Part shown: positions 27,701-38,500 of the stretch, piece by piece
Numbering within the stretch: the first letter of the stretch is position 1
Layout: the number at the start of each line of letters is the position of its first letter
Assembly: GCA_030704615.1 (NCBI GenBank)
Contig: JAKLZA010000148.1
Coordinates: 1-43,000, forward strand
Length of the DNA stretch: 43,000 nucleotides
From: Takakia lepidozioides
Taxonomy: Eukaryota; Plantae; Bryophyta
Direction: 5' to 3'
Translations under genes and position numbers: made by a program
The notes under the pieces: generated by a model
What the model saw: the letters and a program-made list of their open reading frames with translations, nothing else
Database searches by the model: none
Told to the model about the DNA's origin: nothing

Positions 27701-27784
27701 CCAAAGATATGGATAATTAGCTTTCAGATAGCTTTCTCTTTTTGCTGAATATCTCTGGCGTCTAGCTTCTCTTTCATCACTCAT
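21747..27784 (-). CDS. Gag-Pol polyprotein of element 2 (multiple frameshifts)
   Basis: Same motifs as element 1. ORF 24974-26062 joins the zinc knuckle to the protease in one frame. Integrase [14 protein letters not shown] and [11 protein letters not shown]. Confidence 0.95.
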
Positions 27785-27805
27785 GTCCCATGTCTTTCAT
27801 TTCTT

Positions 27806-28385
27806 TTAATGTGGCAATAACCAAAACTCTCTTCTGTAATATCTCTCGTATATGCCTGGGTTTCTTTCAAGCTTCAATGCACCCTTGGCTATACTTGAAG
27901 TCTCCGTTACCATATAACCATATGGCAAACAAGTCTGAAAGCTGTTCTTGGTGTGAGTTTGATCCACAAAATATCCTTTGGAATCCAATTCTTTACCAGT
28001 ACAAGCTCTTCATGCATATGAGTATAAACATTCACCTTTCTTTCCCCAGCCTTCAAACTCTACTCGCTTAATGGATAGCAATGCTATCACATAAACCAAT
28101 GTTGGTAACCAACGTGCTCTTCCTCTACAGGCCACCTGATAAATCTTTATCACTCCTTTCTCCAGACCCCATCTGGGTCAGCATCATGCACTCTCTTAAG
28201 AATGTTTTCTTTACAACCGTCTGGCAATTCCAAGAACCTCTGAAAGAATCGTTTGGACAATCTTTCCTTCTCAGTTCACAGGGAATTTGATTCACTCAAA
28301 TTCTTTAATTCTCCAACCACCATGATCCCACCAGATGCCTGTCACATCTGGTTGTTCATGACCCAGTTCCCCAGTATGGTCGCCA
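27806..28385 (-). CDS. Extra 5' ORF of element 2 (frameshifted)
   Basis: Homologous to 12983-13568, with the same C-terminus ERYYRREFWLLPH. Confidence 0.55.
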
Positions 28386-28387
28386 AA

Positions 28388-28920
28388 TGTCGCGCGGCTT
28401 TTACTCACCCATCCCTTCGCTATCCGAGGCGGAAACTCCAAGATAGAAGAGTTGGAAATCTCTAAGTAGCTCAGAACAATCAGTCATGACCTACAGCTAG
28501 TGTATCATGGGGTGTTTCCTATTTGTTTTCATTCATGTTAGCTACTTACCCTTGATAATTAAGTATCAGTTTGCTTCATCAATCTATATTCCATCAACTC
28601 ATCCATTCATTCCACAGCTTCACTCAGATCTCTCTACACAGTGTGATTGTATCGTATAAGTATCAGATTATGATTTATCAGGTATCAGGCCGAAGCCATT
28701 GTGTCTCTAATCTGCTCTACAATATCACTACAGCTTTGCATCAAGCATCGTGCTCTCCATCTTCTACTCTCATCCCCTCTCCATGACCAAGAAGTCCCCC
28801 CCGAAGTGCTTCCCGTCCTTGCTTCTCCCTTTATCTTCCTACAACCGTTTCCCTCTAACCGTCGTCCGTGAACTAACATGTTCCATTGCAGGTGTTCCCC
28901 ACAGTCGTTCCCTGTCAACA
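28388..28920 (-). repeat. 5' LTR of element 2, heavily deleted
   Basis: Starts TGTCGCGCGG after the PBS, has many small deletions, lacks the GGCTGTGT repeat block, and ends CCTGTCAACA. Confidence 0.85.
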
Positions 28921-28922
28921 GC

Positions 28923-28990
28923 GAGGTTTGCTATTTCATGAGCATGAGCGGCATGAGCAGAGTAGTAACACAATCGGTTTCATGAGCAGA
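28923..28990 (+). repeat. Left TIR with CATGAGC subterminal repeats
   Basis: Inverted match to 41391-41450; the core TGCTATTTCATGAGC is identical. Confidence 0.85.
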
Positions 28991-29157
28991 AGTACAAATT
29001 TCGAAAATAAAAAACAATAAAAAACAATAATTTAATGCAATGTGTCAGGAAAAAACAATATATTATTCGGCCCCTTGAAGGGAAAATTGCACTTTTGACA
29101 GTTGTGCTCATGATATTTCGTCTTCCGCTCATGCCAATTCCCAGCGACATGTGCAAA

Positions 29158-29505
29158 TATGGCGCCGAATTTCGCGGTAATAGGGTCCGTAACCTGAAAA
29201 AACGGCGACGTATTTCGCGGCAATAGGTCTCTCTGGCGAAAAATGGTGCCGAATTCCGCGGCTATAGGTCCCCTCATGACAGGTAATTCGGCGCCATTTT
29301 TCCAGTGCATGTTCGGACTTCCACGGCCCAAAAAGAAATTCGGCGCCATTTTTCCAGACACGGTACCAGTGCATGTTGGGACTTAGCCAGTTTTCGGCCC
29401 CAAAAAGAGAAATTCGGCGCCATTTTCCCAACACAGGTACCAGTGCATGTTGGGACTTAGCGAGTTTTCGGCCCCAAAAAGAAATTCGGCGCCATTTTTC
29501 CAGAA
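29158..29505. repeat. Subterminal motif array A (AATTCGGCGCC half-sites; ~40 bp units, then ~75 bp units)
   Basis: Repeated GGCGCCGAATT / GAAATTCGGCGCCATTTTTCC and CAGTGCATGTTGGGACTTAGC. Orientation flips at ~29280. Confidence 0.9.
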
Positions 29506-29658
29506 ATGGCCCCACAACTGCTTCTGTTGGATCTCAGTTTGAATGGAATATTGCCTCATTCCAGGAGTTTTGGGGTGCATTTCATTACACTGCAAAAAAA
29601 AGTCTGATACAGCAAAATGCATTTGAAAATATCCATATGGAGGATTCCGTTTGCCCCA

Positions 29659-32600
29659 TCAATGATTTCTGGAATCCCTAAGGAGGAGTTTGTGCAGCTC
29701 GTTCACGCTCAACGCCGGTGCATGAATAAAGTCATCAATAGTCACGTTCATCCTCAACCTCTTCAGGTAAATGTAATACAGATGCTTGCACGGATAATAC
29801 TTCGAACCCCTTCTTTGCTTCCATCAACGAGAAGTCCGTACAGTTGCAAGTCGGCTCCACTCCAATCGTAATTGTGTATACATCGTCGCGTACAGCCGAG
29901 CCGGCCGTTGCCATCCGATACACACGCCCAAGGCCGGGTGGGGGTACGTCCACGGAGCTCTGAATAGTGCAAGCCATCCCAAGAGCATTGGCAATCCGAG
30001 TCTCATTCAACTTGTTGGGAGGGTGTCGTCTCTTCACTCTTCCGAATCGCATTGTGGGATGTGCAGAATTGTCCAATCCGTCTCTCTACTGGACCGAGCA
30101 GTCTGCAATGGCTGGGTCTGAGGAACCGGAAATGCGTGGGCCGGGATGTCTGTGCGTTGCACCATTCGAAATCCTGCTGCAGATAGAGCATCCGCCTCAT
30201 TCTGAGAGAGGCTGCAACCCGGTGCAACAGGCCAGACGCCCGGAGGCTCCGGCATTCCCTGAATCCCGTACTTGGGCTTGCCAAATACACAGGTCATTAT
30301 GTCGTGCCTACAGAACCAAAATGTCTGCGTTGTGGCGTGAGCAAATGTGGGAGTCAAAAATCTGCCGCTGAAACAAGGTGCAGGTACAGCACCGTGTGGG
30401 TTCCTCCGAATCATCTCACCACAGCGTGCTCTCGTATCCACCCGGATGGCGCAACACTTCCCTCGAAATGCCGGCAATGTCCTCGCAATTCTCCACTGTG
30501 ACTCCGACACTCTTGTCTCCACAATGGGTGTTGTATGCTTTACTACAGATGGCTCGTTATGTTGCCGGGGCACGCGCCCTGTGCTCAAAGGAGATGGCGA
30601 TCTTGAACGTGCAGGACTTCCGGTGCTCGACGAGACCTCCTCGGCAACATCACCGGACCACGAGGGAGCGTGCGAATATTCTTGTCAGCTCGCCATGAAT
30701 CCTCTTCTCCGCCAGGTGCCTCGTCAAGTCTTCGTCTCACTGGACGGGTATGAACATCTCCTTCCAAATGTTGGCCTCTTCGCAGCAATGGCGTGTCCCG
30801 AAGGCCCTCTCGCAAGGCCGCCGCCCACTTCCGAGGATTCTTCGATCTGGAGGCAGTCCGCATCAGCATTTCCTGCCTGTCCGGCCCCAAGCCCCACTGT
30901 TTCCCTTTCAAGAACTCGTTGTACCTGCATTGCTGCATAATGACCTCACAATGTCCTCCGTTGTGGCAGTGAGGATGTCCACCAGATGCGCCGCAGAGGA
31001 GGCACGCCAGGAAGAGTGCACTGATTCGGCCATGTTTGTCGTGGGCATGTCGGTGTCGGAGTCGAGACACATTTCCTGCACAAGCACATGTTGAGGTTAC
31101 AAGCAAGTTACAAATATGGCCAAGAATAATATCCAACGGGACGCGAATTCGTGCAACTCACCTCCCGCATATAGTCGCCGAACTGGAGGAAACGATAATG
31201 CCACCATGCTAGCCAACTGACCATTGCTCCCTCGTCTGATTTCCTTACAGCACCTGACGATGTCCACCAAGCCCGTATGCATGCAAACTGTGTCTCTGCA
31301 TCATCCAAGGTGGGAGCGCGCTTCCACGCAAGGCACATGGAACGGTGCTCCTCTCTGAAATCTGGCGCCACGAGCCTGGTTGTGTACTGCGAAAGGCTCT
31401 GCAGAAAATGGAACCCACAAGATCTCTCCTTGCCTTCCATGGGAACATTGGGGTCTTGCCCGTACACCCTTCGGATGGCAGCCCAATTTGCTTGTGCGTT
31501 GTCCGCCATGAAACCACGGAAATTGGGAGGGGGCAATCCCGCCTTGGCCATCTGTTCGTTTATTCCCTGCCAAAGAAGCATCTCCGATTGTGTGTCCTCT
31601 CCTTTCATCTCACAAATAGCAATTGTCATTAGCATCCTGCAGTGGGTGTCGTAGACATGTGCACCCATTGTCACCCACTGGTGATTTGTAATTCGCTTGA
31701 TATGGTCGAACATGACCCAACTGTTTGACAAGTTCCCACTCGTCATCCTGTCGACCAGTTCGACGCCACTGCCAGGTCCACACGTGGACATTTTGAATAC
31801 GAAACAACGATCTGCCTCAGTCCCTTGTCCTGGAAACCTACTTCCATGAATGTAGTCATATCCACATCGTCGCTTCACCTCCAGAATGGAGTGCATATCC
31901 GAGCCACGCCCAATTTTCTGTTTGCATGAGACAATGTGGTTTCGGACATTCGGTGAACATACGTGGGACACCGACTCCAGCAATGCCTCCATTTCCTTCT
32001 CGTCGAGAGGAACTCTATCGGAGCCGTCTTCCGACATAATTCTGGCCAATGCCATCTTATGGGCGGCTTGGAGCTGTATCTGTTTGGGTTTGGCACCCGG
32101 TCTCAACTTAACCTCCTCCTGAACGAGCTGCTCTGCTTCGTGGGCAGCCTCCCGCGAGTTCCCCCTCGCCAATTTGTGACAATGGGAACCAACGTGTATG
32201 CAAGCTCGGGTGAGGTCAGGGAAACGGTGCAACACATAGACTGCTTGGCATTACAAACAGACATGCAGTGTGGTGGTTCTTTGCAATGCGCACACTTAAA
32301 TGTGGAGTTCGGAACCTTCTCCTGAGCTCGAAATGGTTGGTGAGCTGTGCCTGTCCAATCGGTCTCGTTCCTGTGACCTCTGGATTTAAAGTGGAAGCAA
32401 GTTGGGGAGAAACACCGCAACGCGCCCGCACAAACAACGTAGCGCACCCGCACACCATCAAGCATCTTCATGCTGGTGGTTTTGGTAACGCACCAAGGAT
32501 GACCGTCATGTTTTCTATCCATATCTGTCAACATTCCGGACGCCCTCGAGTAGTCCGCCCGAGGAGGGAACTCAAAGAAGATATTACCGTCGACGTCGGC

Positions 32601-33242
32601 GGGAAGGCATGTAACCGATTTAATTGCGAACTTGCTGTAGTCCAGCCCGGCCAGCTCCGACCGGTGTCCCTCCAGGTGAAGCCCTCGCAGAATTTCAGAA
32701 TATCGAACTGCGGTGCTCGTGCTGGGAATATGACTCCCTCCTCCACTGACGTCCATTGAGGACTTGCCTGATCTCCAGGACGACCTCGGAACTTCCATGA
32801 CCTCGTCTGAGTCGGACAGGTTGTGAACAACCCGGTTCTCGCTCGTCTTCATGGATGGGTTCGGCTCTGGATTTACTTCGTTGCGGACTTCTCTTTGAGG
32901 TACCCACTCTCTGATTCGCGGATTGTTTCGTGGAAGGCGCCAGGATAGACGGTGCATTTGGCGGGCAAATGAAGTCCCCAACAGCCCTGTATATGACGCT
33001 GTCCGATGGTGGAACTCGCCATTCCCTGCCATCGCCGAAATCATCGTGGAGCACAACAATACTCTCGACAACAAGGCCGTTTGAGTCCTTCCTTTCCTCC
33101 TCCAAAAAAACCGACCCCGGTTTCAGGGGTATCGAACGCACAGATATTTCTCCATCACCCGGCAGGTGTCCCCTCTGCACGGAAATGAAGCTCTATGCTC
33201 GTGAGGAGGGCAGTACACTGTAGCGCTCGGGTTTTCCGCCAT
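29659..33242 (-). CDS. MULE-type DDE transposase with Cys/His-rich N-terminal (GCM-like) region and C-terminal SWIM finger; one intron 31076-31161; frameshifts
   Basis: N-terminal C/H cluster (CAGALRCFSPTC...CAHC...C...H.G.H.H); core WVMFDH, FMADNAQANW..CGFHF. After the GT-AG intron, exon 2 reads EMCLDSDTDMPTTNMAESVH (MULE TNxxESxH glutamate). SWIM: YTITIGVEPTCNCTDF...PCKHLYYI, with stop TGA at 29659-29661. The start codon is tentative. Confidence 0.85.
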
Positions 33243-33499
33243 GGGAGATGTGCACACAAGACTGCCAGGATGGCGTGCGGGGAAGCTCCCTGGTAGAAGG
33301 GGGTGCAGCGATGGGAATGAATGCGATGCCGATTTGTCCGAGCGACGAAGCCTGATCCAAATCCAGGGAGCCAACTATCTCAAAAATCCACAGTCAGAGT
33401 GTTAATGAACCTTGTCTCCGGAATGCGGCCCCTGGTCTTTGCGCAATAACTGCCAACGGTATGCAGTCAGAAAGTGGGGGGCCGTCCGGATGATGACGG

Positions 33500-34810
33500 C
33501 TGAAGGGGAGAAGCCGGCACCGTGCCGTCACATTACTACCCCCGAATGGAAATTCGGCACCCAATATCCAACAGAGGAAGCCCGGATGAAGTCGCCTCGG
33601 GCGCAGAGGCCGGAGTGTGTGCGACAGAGAACATCGGATGGAGATTCGGCGCCGAATTTCCATCCGGGCCCCCCAAAGGGAGTCGTGTCGGGGGGTCAGG
33701 CCGAAAACTGGACGGCATAAAACATCCCCAGATGGAAAAACGGCGCCGAATTTCCATCCGGGGCGGTTCGGATGCAGTCGGGGAGGGGGGAGTGGCCGCA
33801 CTTGGCCGTCACATTCAACCCCCGGACGGAAATTCGGCACCGAATATCGAACAGGGGACGCCCGGATGAAGTCGCCTCGGGCAGAGGCCGGCGAGCGACA
33901 GAGAACATCCCCTGGATGGAGATTCGGCGCCGAATTTCCATCCGGGCCCCCCCAAAGGAAGTCTTGTCGGGGGGTCAGACCGAAAACTGGCCGACATAAA
34001 AATCCCAGATGGGAAAACGGCGCCGAATTTCAATTCGGGGCCGTTCCAATGCAGTCGGGAGGGGAGAGGTCGGCACCTGGCCGTCATATTTCAACCCCCG
34101 GGACGGAAATTCGGCACCGAATATCCAACAGAGCGGCGGAGAGGCGGCACCTCTCCGACAGAGACCATCCCCGGATGGAAATTCGGCGCGGCGCGGCGCC
34201 GAATTTCCATCCAGCAGGTAAGTGGCTGGAGGATCGCCGAATTTCGCCCGGTGCAGGGCGCCGAATGGCGCAATTTCCATAGGGATGAATGGAAATTCGG
34301 CGCCGAATGCCCGCGGCGCCGAATTTCCATCTAAGTCGGATCCCGGCGCCGAATTTCCATTCGGGCCAGGTGAATTACCAGCATGCCAGGTAATTCCAAT
34401 CGATGGGCACGAAGGTAATTGGGAATTACCTGCAGGAAGGTAATTCCCTGCACGAAGGTAATTCGAAATACATGGCGAATGGAAATTCGGCGCGAATGGC
34501 ACCGGCTGGATGGAAATTCGGCGAATTTCCATGGGAATTACCTGCCAGCCGGCCGGCGCCGAATTTCCGGAATTACCTGCGGATGGAAATTCGGCGCCGG
34601 CCGCTGGATGGAAATTCGCGCCGGATTTCCGCGGCCTTACCTGCGTGAGGGAAATTTCCGCGCCGCCCTACCATGGAAATCGGCGCCGGATTTCCATCAA
34701 TTACCTGCCATGGAATTCGGCGCCGGATGCTGCGGATTACCTGCAGGATGGAAATCCGGCGCCGGAATTCCATCGTGCAGCGCTCCGAATTACCTCTACG
34801 TTGGAAATTC
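33500..34810. repeat. Intergenic motif array B: ~280 bp tandem units followed by dense GGAAATTCGGCGCCGAATTTCC palindromes and half-sites
   Basis: GAAATTCGGCACC recurs at ~33550, ~33830 and ~34106. Near-perfect 28 bp palindrome GATGGAGATTCGGCGCCGAATTTCCATC at ~33637 and ~33915. Many further copies at 34170-34810, interspersed with AATTACC/GGTAATT. Confidence 0.92.
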
Positions 34811-35580
34811 CGGGACTGTTTACGTCGATTTTCATGACATGGAGGGCTTCATCCGACATTTAATTGCGCAGTTGGGCAATAAATGTCGACGGCCGTCGGT
34901 TATTATTCGGGCTGGCGACGCATGGCTTCCTGGACACGTACCCTAAATCTCATGCTAATCTTGGCTTAACATGGTATTCCAGGCATGTACCCCAAAAAAG
35001 GAGATCTTTTTGGCTGGGACTTATGCCGCCTGAAGGGCGTGGCTCTCCTGAGAGAGACCTCACATCCAGACCGCGGCGGAAGTTGAAAGCTCTGTACTAC
35101 GGACGACGGCCAATCTCTCTCGCATGGCCAAACTGAAGCTCCAGCAGGAGATTCCAGTGTCTTGCTCACAACCTGCGCAACTGAAGCCGAGTACTCTCAG
35201 GCAAGCCACTTCTGCTTTCGGTTTGTTCGATTTTTTTTTTGCTTTCGCTTTGTTACGGCTTTGTTTTTGCATCTTCATCCTGGCTTTGCTGTATGAGTGA
35301 ACTTTAGATAGTTGAGTGAACCTTAGATTGTTTGCAATGCGTGTGCAAATCCGGCAGCTCTGGAGAAGGCTGCTTGTGCATGTCATTCTTAGGCAATGGT
35401 TGCATTTGTTTTCATTGTTGTTGCATGGCTCTCCATACTTCCTAAACTTGTTATGTTTTCATTTTTGCTACATGATTGTTGCTATGGTGGTTGCGCTGCT
35501 CGTTGCGATGCTGCTTTTTGCACCGATGTTGGTTTTCACGATTTTTGTCAATGACAGAGTGACGACGAGCCCGCACGCTG

Positions 35581-38500
35581 GTGGTATCATCGACAGCTCC
35601 AACTCATCGCATGTTTGAATCGCCCAACTTGGGGCGAGAGGGCAAACTTAAACCTTTTGTTGGTGGACGGGAGGACTTGCAACGAGATTACGACAGAGTA
35701 GGCATTGGGGAGGTTGGTGCAGGCGGCATGGCAGGTGAAGGGCGTGAGGACATGAGGACAGCAGATCCGGCAATGGAGGTTGTTCATGCACATGCAGTAG
35801 GGCCCGCCCACGCAAAGAAAAAGAAGAAAGCTAAGCACATGCAATCCCCGGCGAGAGAGCAGTCACGGGCTGCGGAGGGGGAGTGAGCAGTGCGCGCGAG
35901 GGTGTCAGTTCGCCTCAATCAAAGGTGGTCGTCCTGGAGGGCTCCCCTGCTGCTAGCCCTAGTAAGAAACAGAAAGCCCGTGAGAGGGCAAAAGAGAGGG
36001 CAAAAGAACAGACGAGACAGAATGCTAGCCAGGAGGAAAGACAAAAGGCAGCTGAAGAGGCCAGGGGTGCCCAAATGACAGATGCCAATGTAAGCGAGGG
36101 ACGCACAGAGACGGTGGATCCCTCAAGACACCACAGAGAGGCAGTAGCACACCGGTTAGACCATCGCGGGCAAGAGCAGCCCCCGCAATTACCCATACGG
36201 TGGAGAGTGGAGGAGAGGAAAGAACACCTGAAAGAGCACGGATTGTGCAAGTTCGAGGTGAAGCCAGGGAGAGGGCAGTAGAGACGACGAGAGTGCTGGA
36301 GGTGGTTTCGCAGGTGGCTGACCCTGTTGAGGAGGACGACATGGAGGTTTCTGACCAGGATGACATCCTCCCGGACATCCCCAGGCCCCAAACCCGGAGC
36401 ATACAGGCTGGATTTGGCGGTCCTGGTGGGCTGCCGGAAAACCCCTCTGCAGCAGACGTCATGTCTGAGGCGGATATGAAGTTGGCCGCTGCCAAGATGT
36501 TGGAGGCAACCCACAGCAACATTGGCAGGGTGCTGGGGGGCATGGTGTACCCGGCCAAGCTTCGAATTCCCCCCTTTGCCGCTTGGTGTCATTGCAGGTG
36601 GTGAGACCTGCCCTCCCAGGCGATATCGACAAGCTGAAATTCTCTTTCCGGGATGGATATCGAATGGGGTCTGCCGCCTTTTACGTTTCCATTGAGAACG
36701 ACCACGGAGCTTCCCGTGCCCACACTTCCGATGAGGTGGACAAATGGGGTCCCCATTGGCAAACGCGAAATGAGGAGTTCGAGAGATCGATTGCTAGTGA
36801 TCCTCTTTTCCAGCACATGTCCGGTAAGATGTTCTACGTGTGGGACGGCAATCATCGCCTCCTGGCATGGATGGAGCACATTGCCCAAGCCCACCCCAAC
36901 GATCTCGATTGGCATTTCGCCGTCGATTGTGTTGTGCTGAAGGTTGCGGGGCCCAAAGATCGCAGTCTTCTCAAAGCTGCAATGGCCGACATCAACTCGT
37001 AAGCTACAACCCTCTCGCTTTTGGACTTTGAATATTGGAAGTCATTTCATTGCGAATCCTCATATATGATGAAAATTCCCATTTCAGTATTGTTTGATGG
37101 AAATGTGGCACTGCAGGTGACTGAGAATGCCTTCATTGCCACCAACTTGTCCCATATGCTCTTCCGAGTGAAGGATGTCGGGAAGCAGGGGGTGCAAGAG
37201 TTTGCCAATTCCCTCAGTGCCGACCTCCTGCGCAAGTCGGAGGCAAAGGCAGACAGAACCTGGTATAGGCTGAGCGTCGACGCCATGGTGGACTACATAT
37301 TCGGGTAAAGCTCCTGACAGTTTTGTTGAGCTAATTGTCTCTCCTCCCCCAATAGAAGAAATTGTGTTGAGCAGGATCTCTAATCTTATGTGCGCTTTTG
37401 ACAGACGAAAATACAGCAGGATTTGGCACATGCGCGGAGGTTCTACATGGAGTCAGAGGAGAAGAATCCAACCCTCCCGGAACTCGAATCGTATGTCAAA
37501 GCTGCGGAGGTGAGGGCCCGCATAAAGTACAAGTCGCGGATGGTAAAGTACGTGGCCATAGCTGATCCCGCCCTTGGTGCCGACTTTCTGGTGGAGGTGG
37601 GGAAGCACTACTCTCGCGCTCTGAAGCCCACGATGACATTGGAGAAGCTCCATCGTCTAGCCACATCCTGTGTGGATGCAACAGAAAAGGTGATACATTC
37701 TTAACCAAATTGTGGTGGCAACAACTCCTTTTTGTGGTGTTTGGCGCTTACGAATATGCTGGGTGGTTGGACAGACCCGGTGGCTCCAAATCTGGAATGG
37801 TTCCCAAAGTACCAGGGACATGTGGAGCTTCCCCAAACCGGACAAACTCTCTGACCCCACATTCGACATGTGGATGAACCGCATGACATGGTGGTTTCAG
37901 GTACTTCCCCACGCTTCGTTTGGGGCTTCTACTCTAGTAGGGGGTGGATTCATTGTATTTTTTGAGGAAAGCGATCTGATGGACAATCTCCACAGGTGAC
38001 GACGAATGCGCAAGAGCAGCTGGACACACAAGCACATCAGTTCAAGATGGAGATATCTCCTGCAGCAGAGAGCCTACGTGACTATGTGACGAGGTACTTT
38101 CTGCTCTACAAAACCAACCTATTCTTTCGGGAGATAGCAGATGCTCGCCGGAGCCACGAGTTCACCGACCAGCCGAACGCGGACAAAGCAGCAATGCGCC
38201 TTCTGTACAGGTACATACGCGCTGCCTTTCTTTCAAGTCCTGGCATTTCAGGATGTTAGAGGCCTAAGTGGTGTTAGGGAAAATGGCGCCGAATTTCCAG
38301 TCAGGGCTCCGAAAATGGCTAAGTCCCTAGACTGGCTGGCCCGGAACTGGAAATTCGGCGCCATTTTCCAGTTCCAGGCCCTATTGCCGTTCAGGGACTT
38401 AGCCATTTTCGGGCTAAGTCCCTAGGGCTGGCCCGGAACTGGAAATTCGGCGCCGTTTTCCAGTTCTAGGCCCTATTGCCGTCCAGGGACTTAGCCATTT

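Larger units (their letters stand above)
16436..28920 (-). mobile_element. Ty3/Gypsy LTR retrotransposon, element 2 (same family as element 1, chimeric LTRs)
   Basis: Collinear with element 1 over its whole length. LTRs at 16436-17336 and 28388-28920; PBS and PPT present. Confidence 0.93.

Noticed and set aside
25452-27716. Long plus-strand ORFs over gag (e.g. 25864-26814)
   Set aside because: These are antisense shadows of the purine-rich gag coding strand, with no motifs and no conservation as one frame in element 1.
6870-27784. Programmed frameshifting in gag-pol
   Set aside because: Breaks are numerous, often in homopolymers, and mostly at different positions in the two copies, so sequencing error or decay is more likely.
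33394-34946. Numerous ORFs on both strands with MEIRRRIS/GNSAPNF/KFGAEF repeats
   Set aside because: These are translations of the stop-poor palindromic DNA array, not proteins.
34864-35560. Possible additional 5' exon(s) of the ParB-MTase gene and hydrophobic ORF 35316-35618
   Set aside because: 35200-35557 looks intronic (T-rich, ending GACAG), but no convincing frame or start could be assigned upstream, so it is left unannotated.
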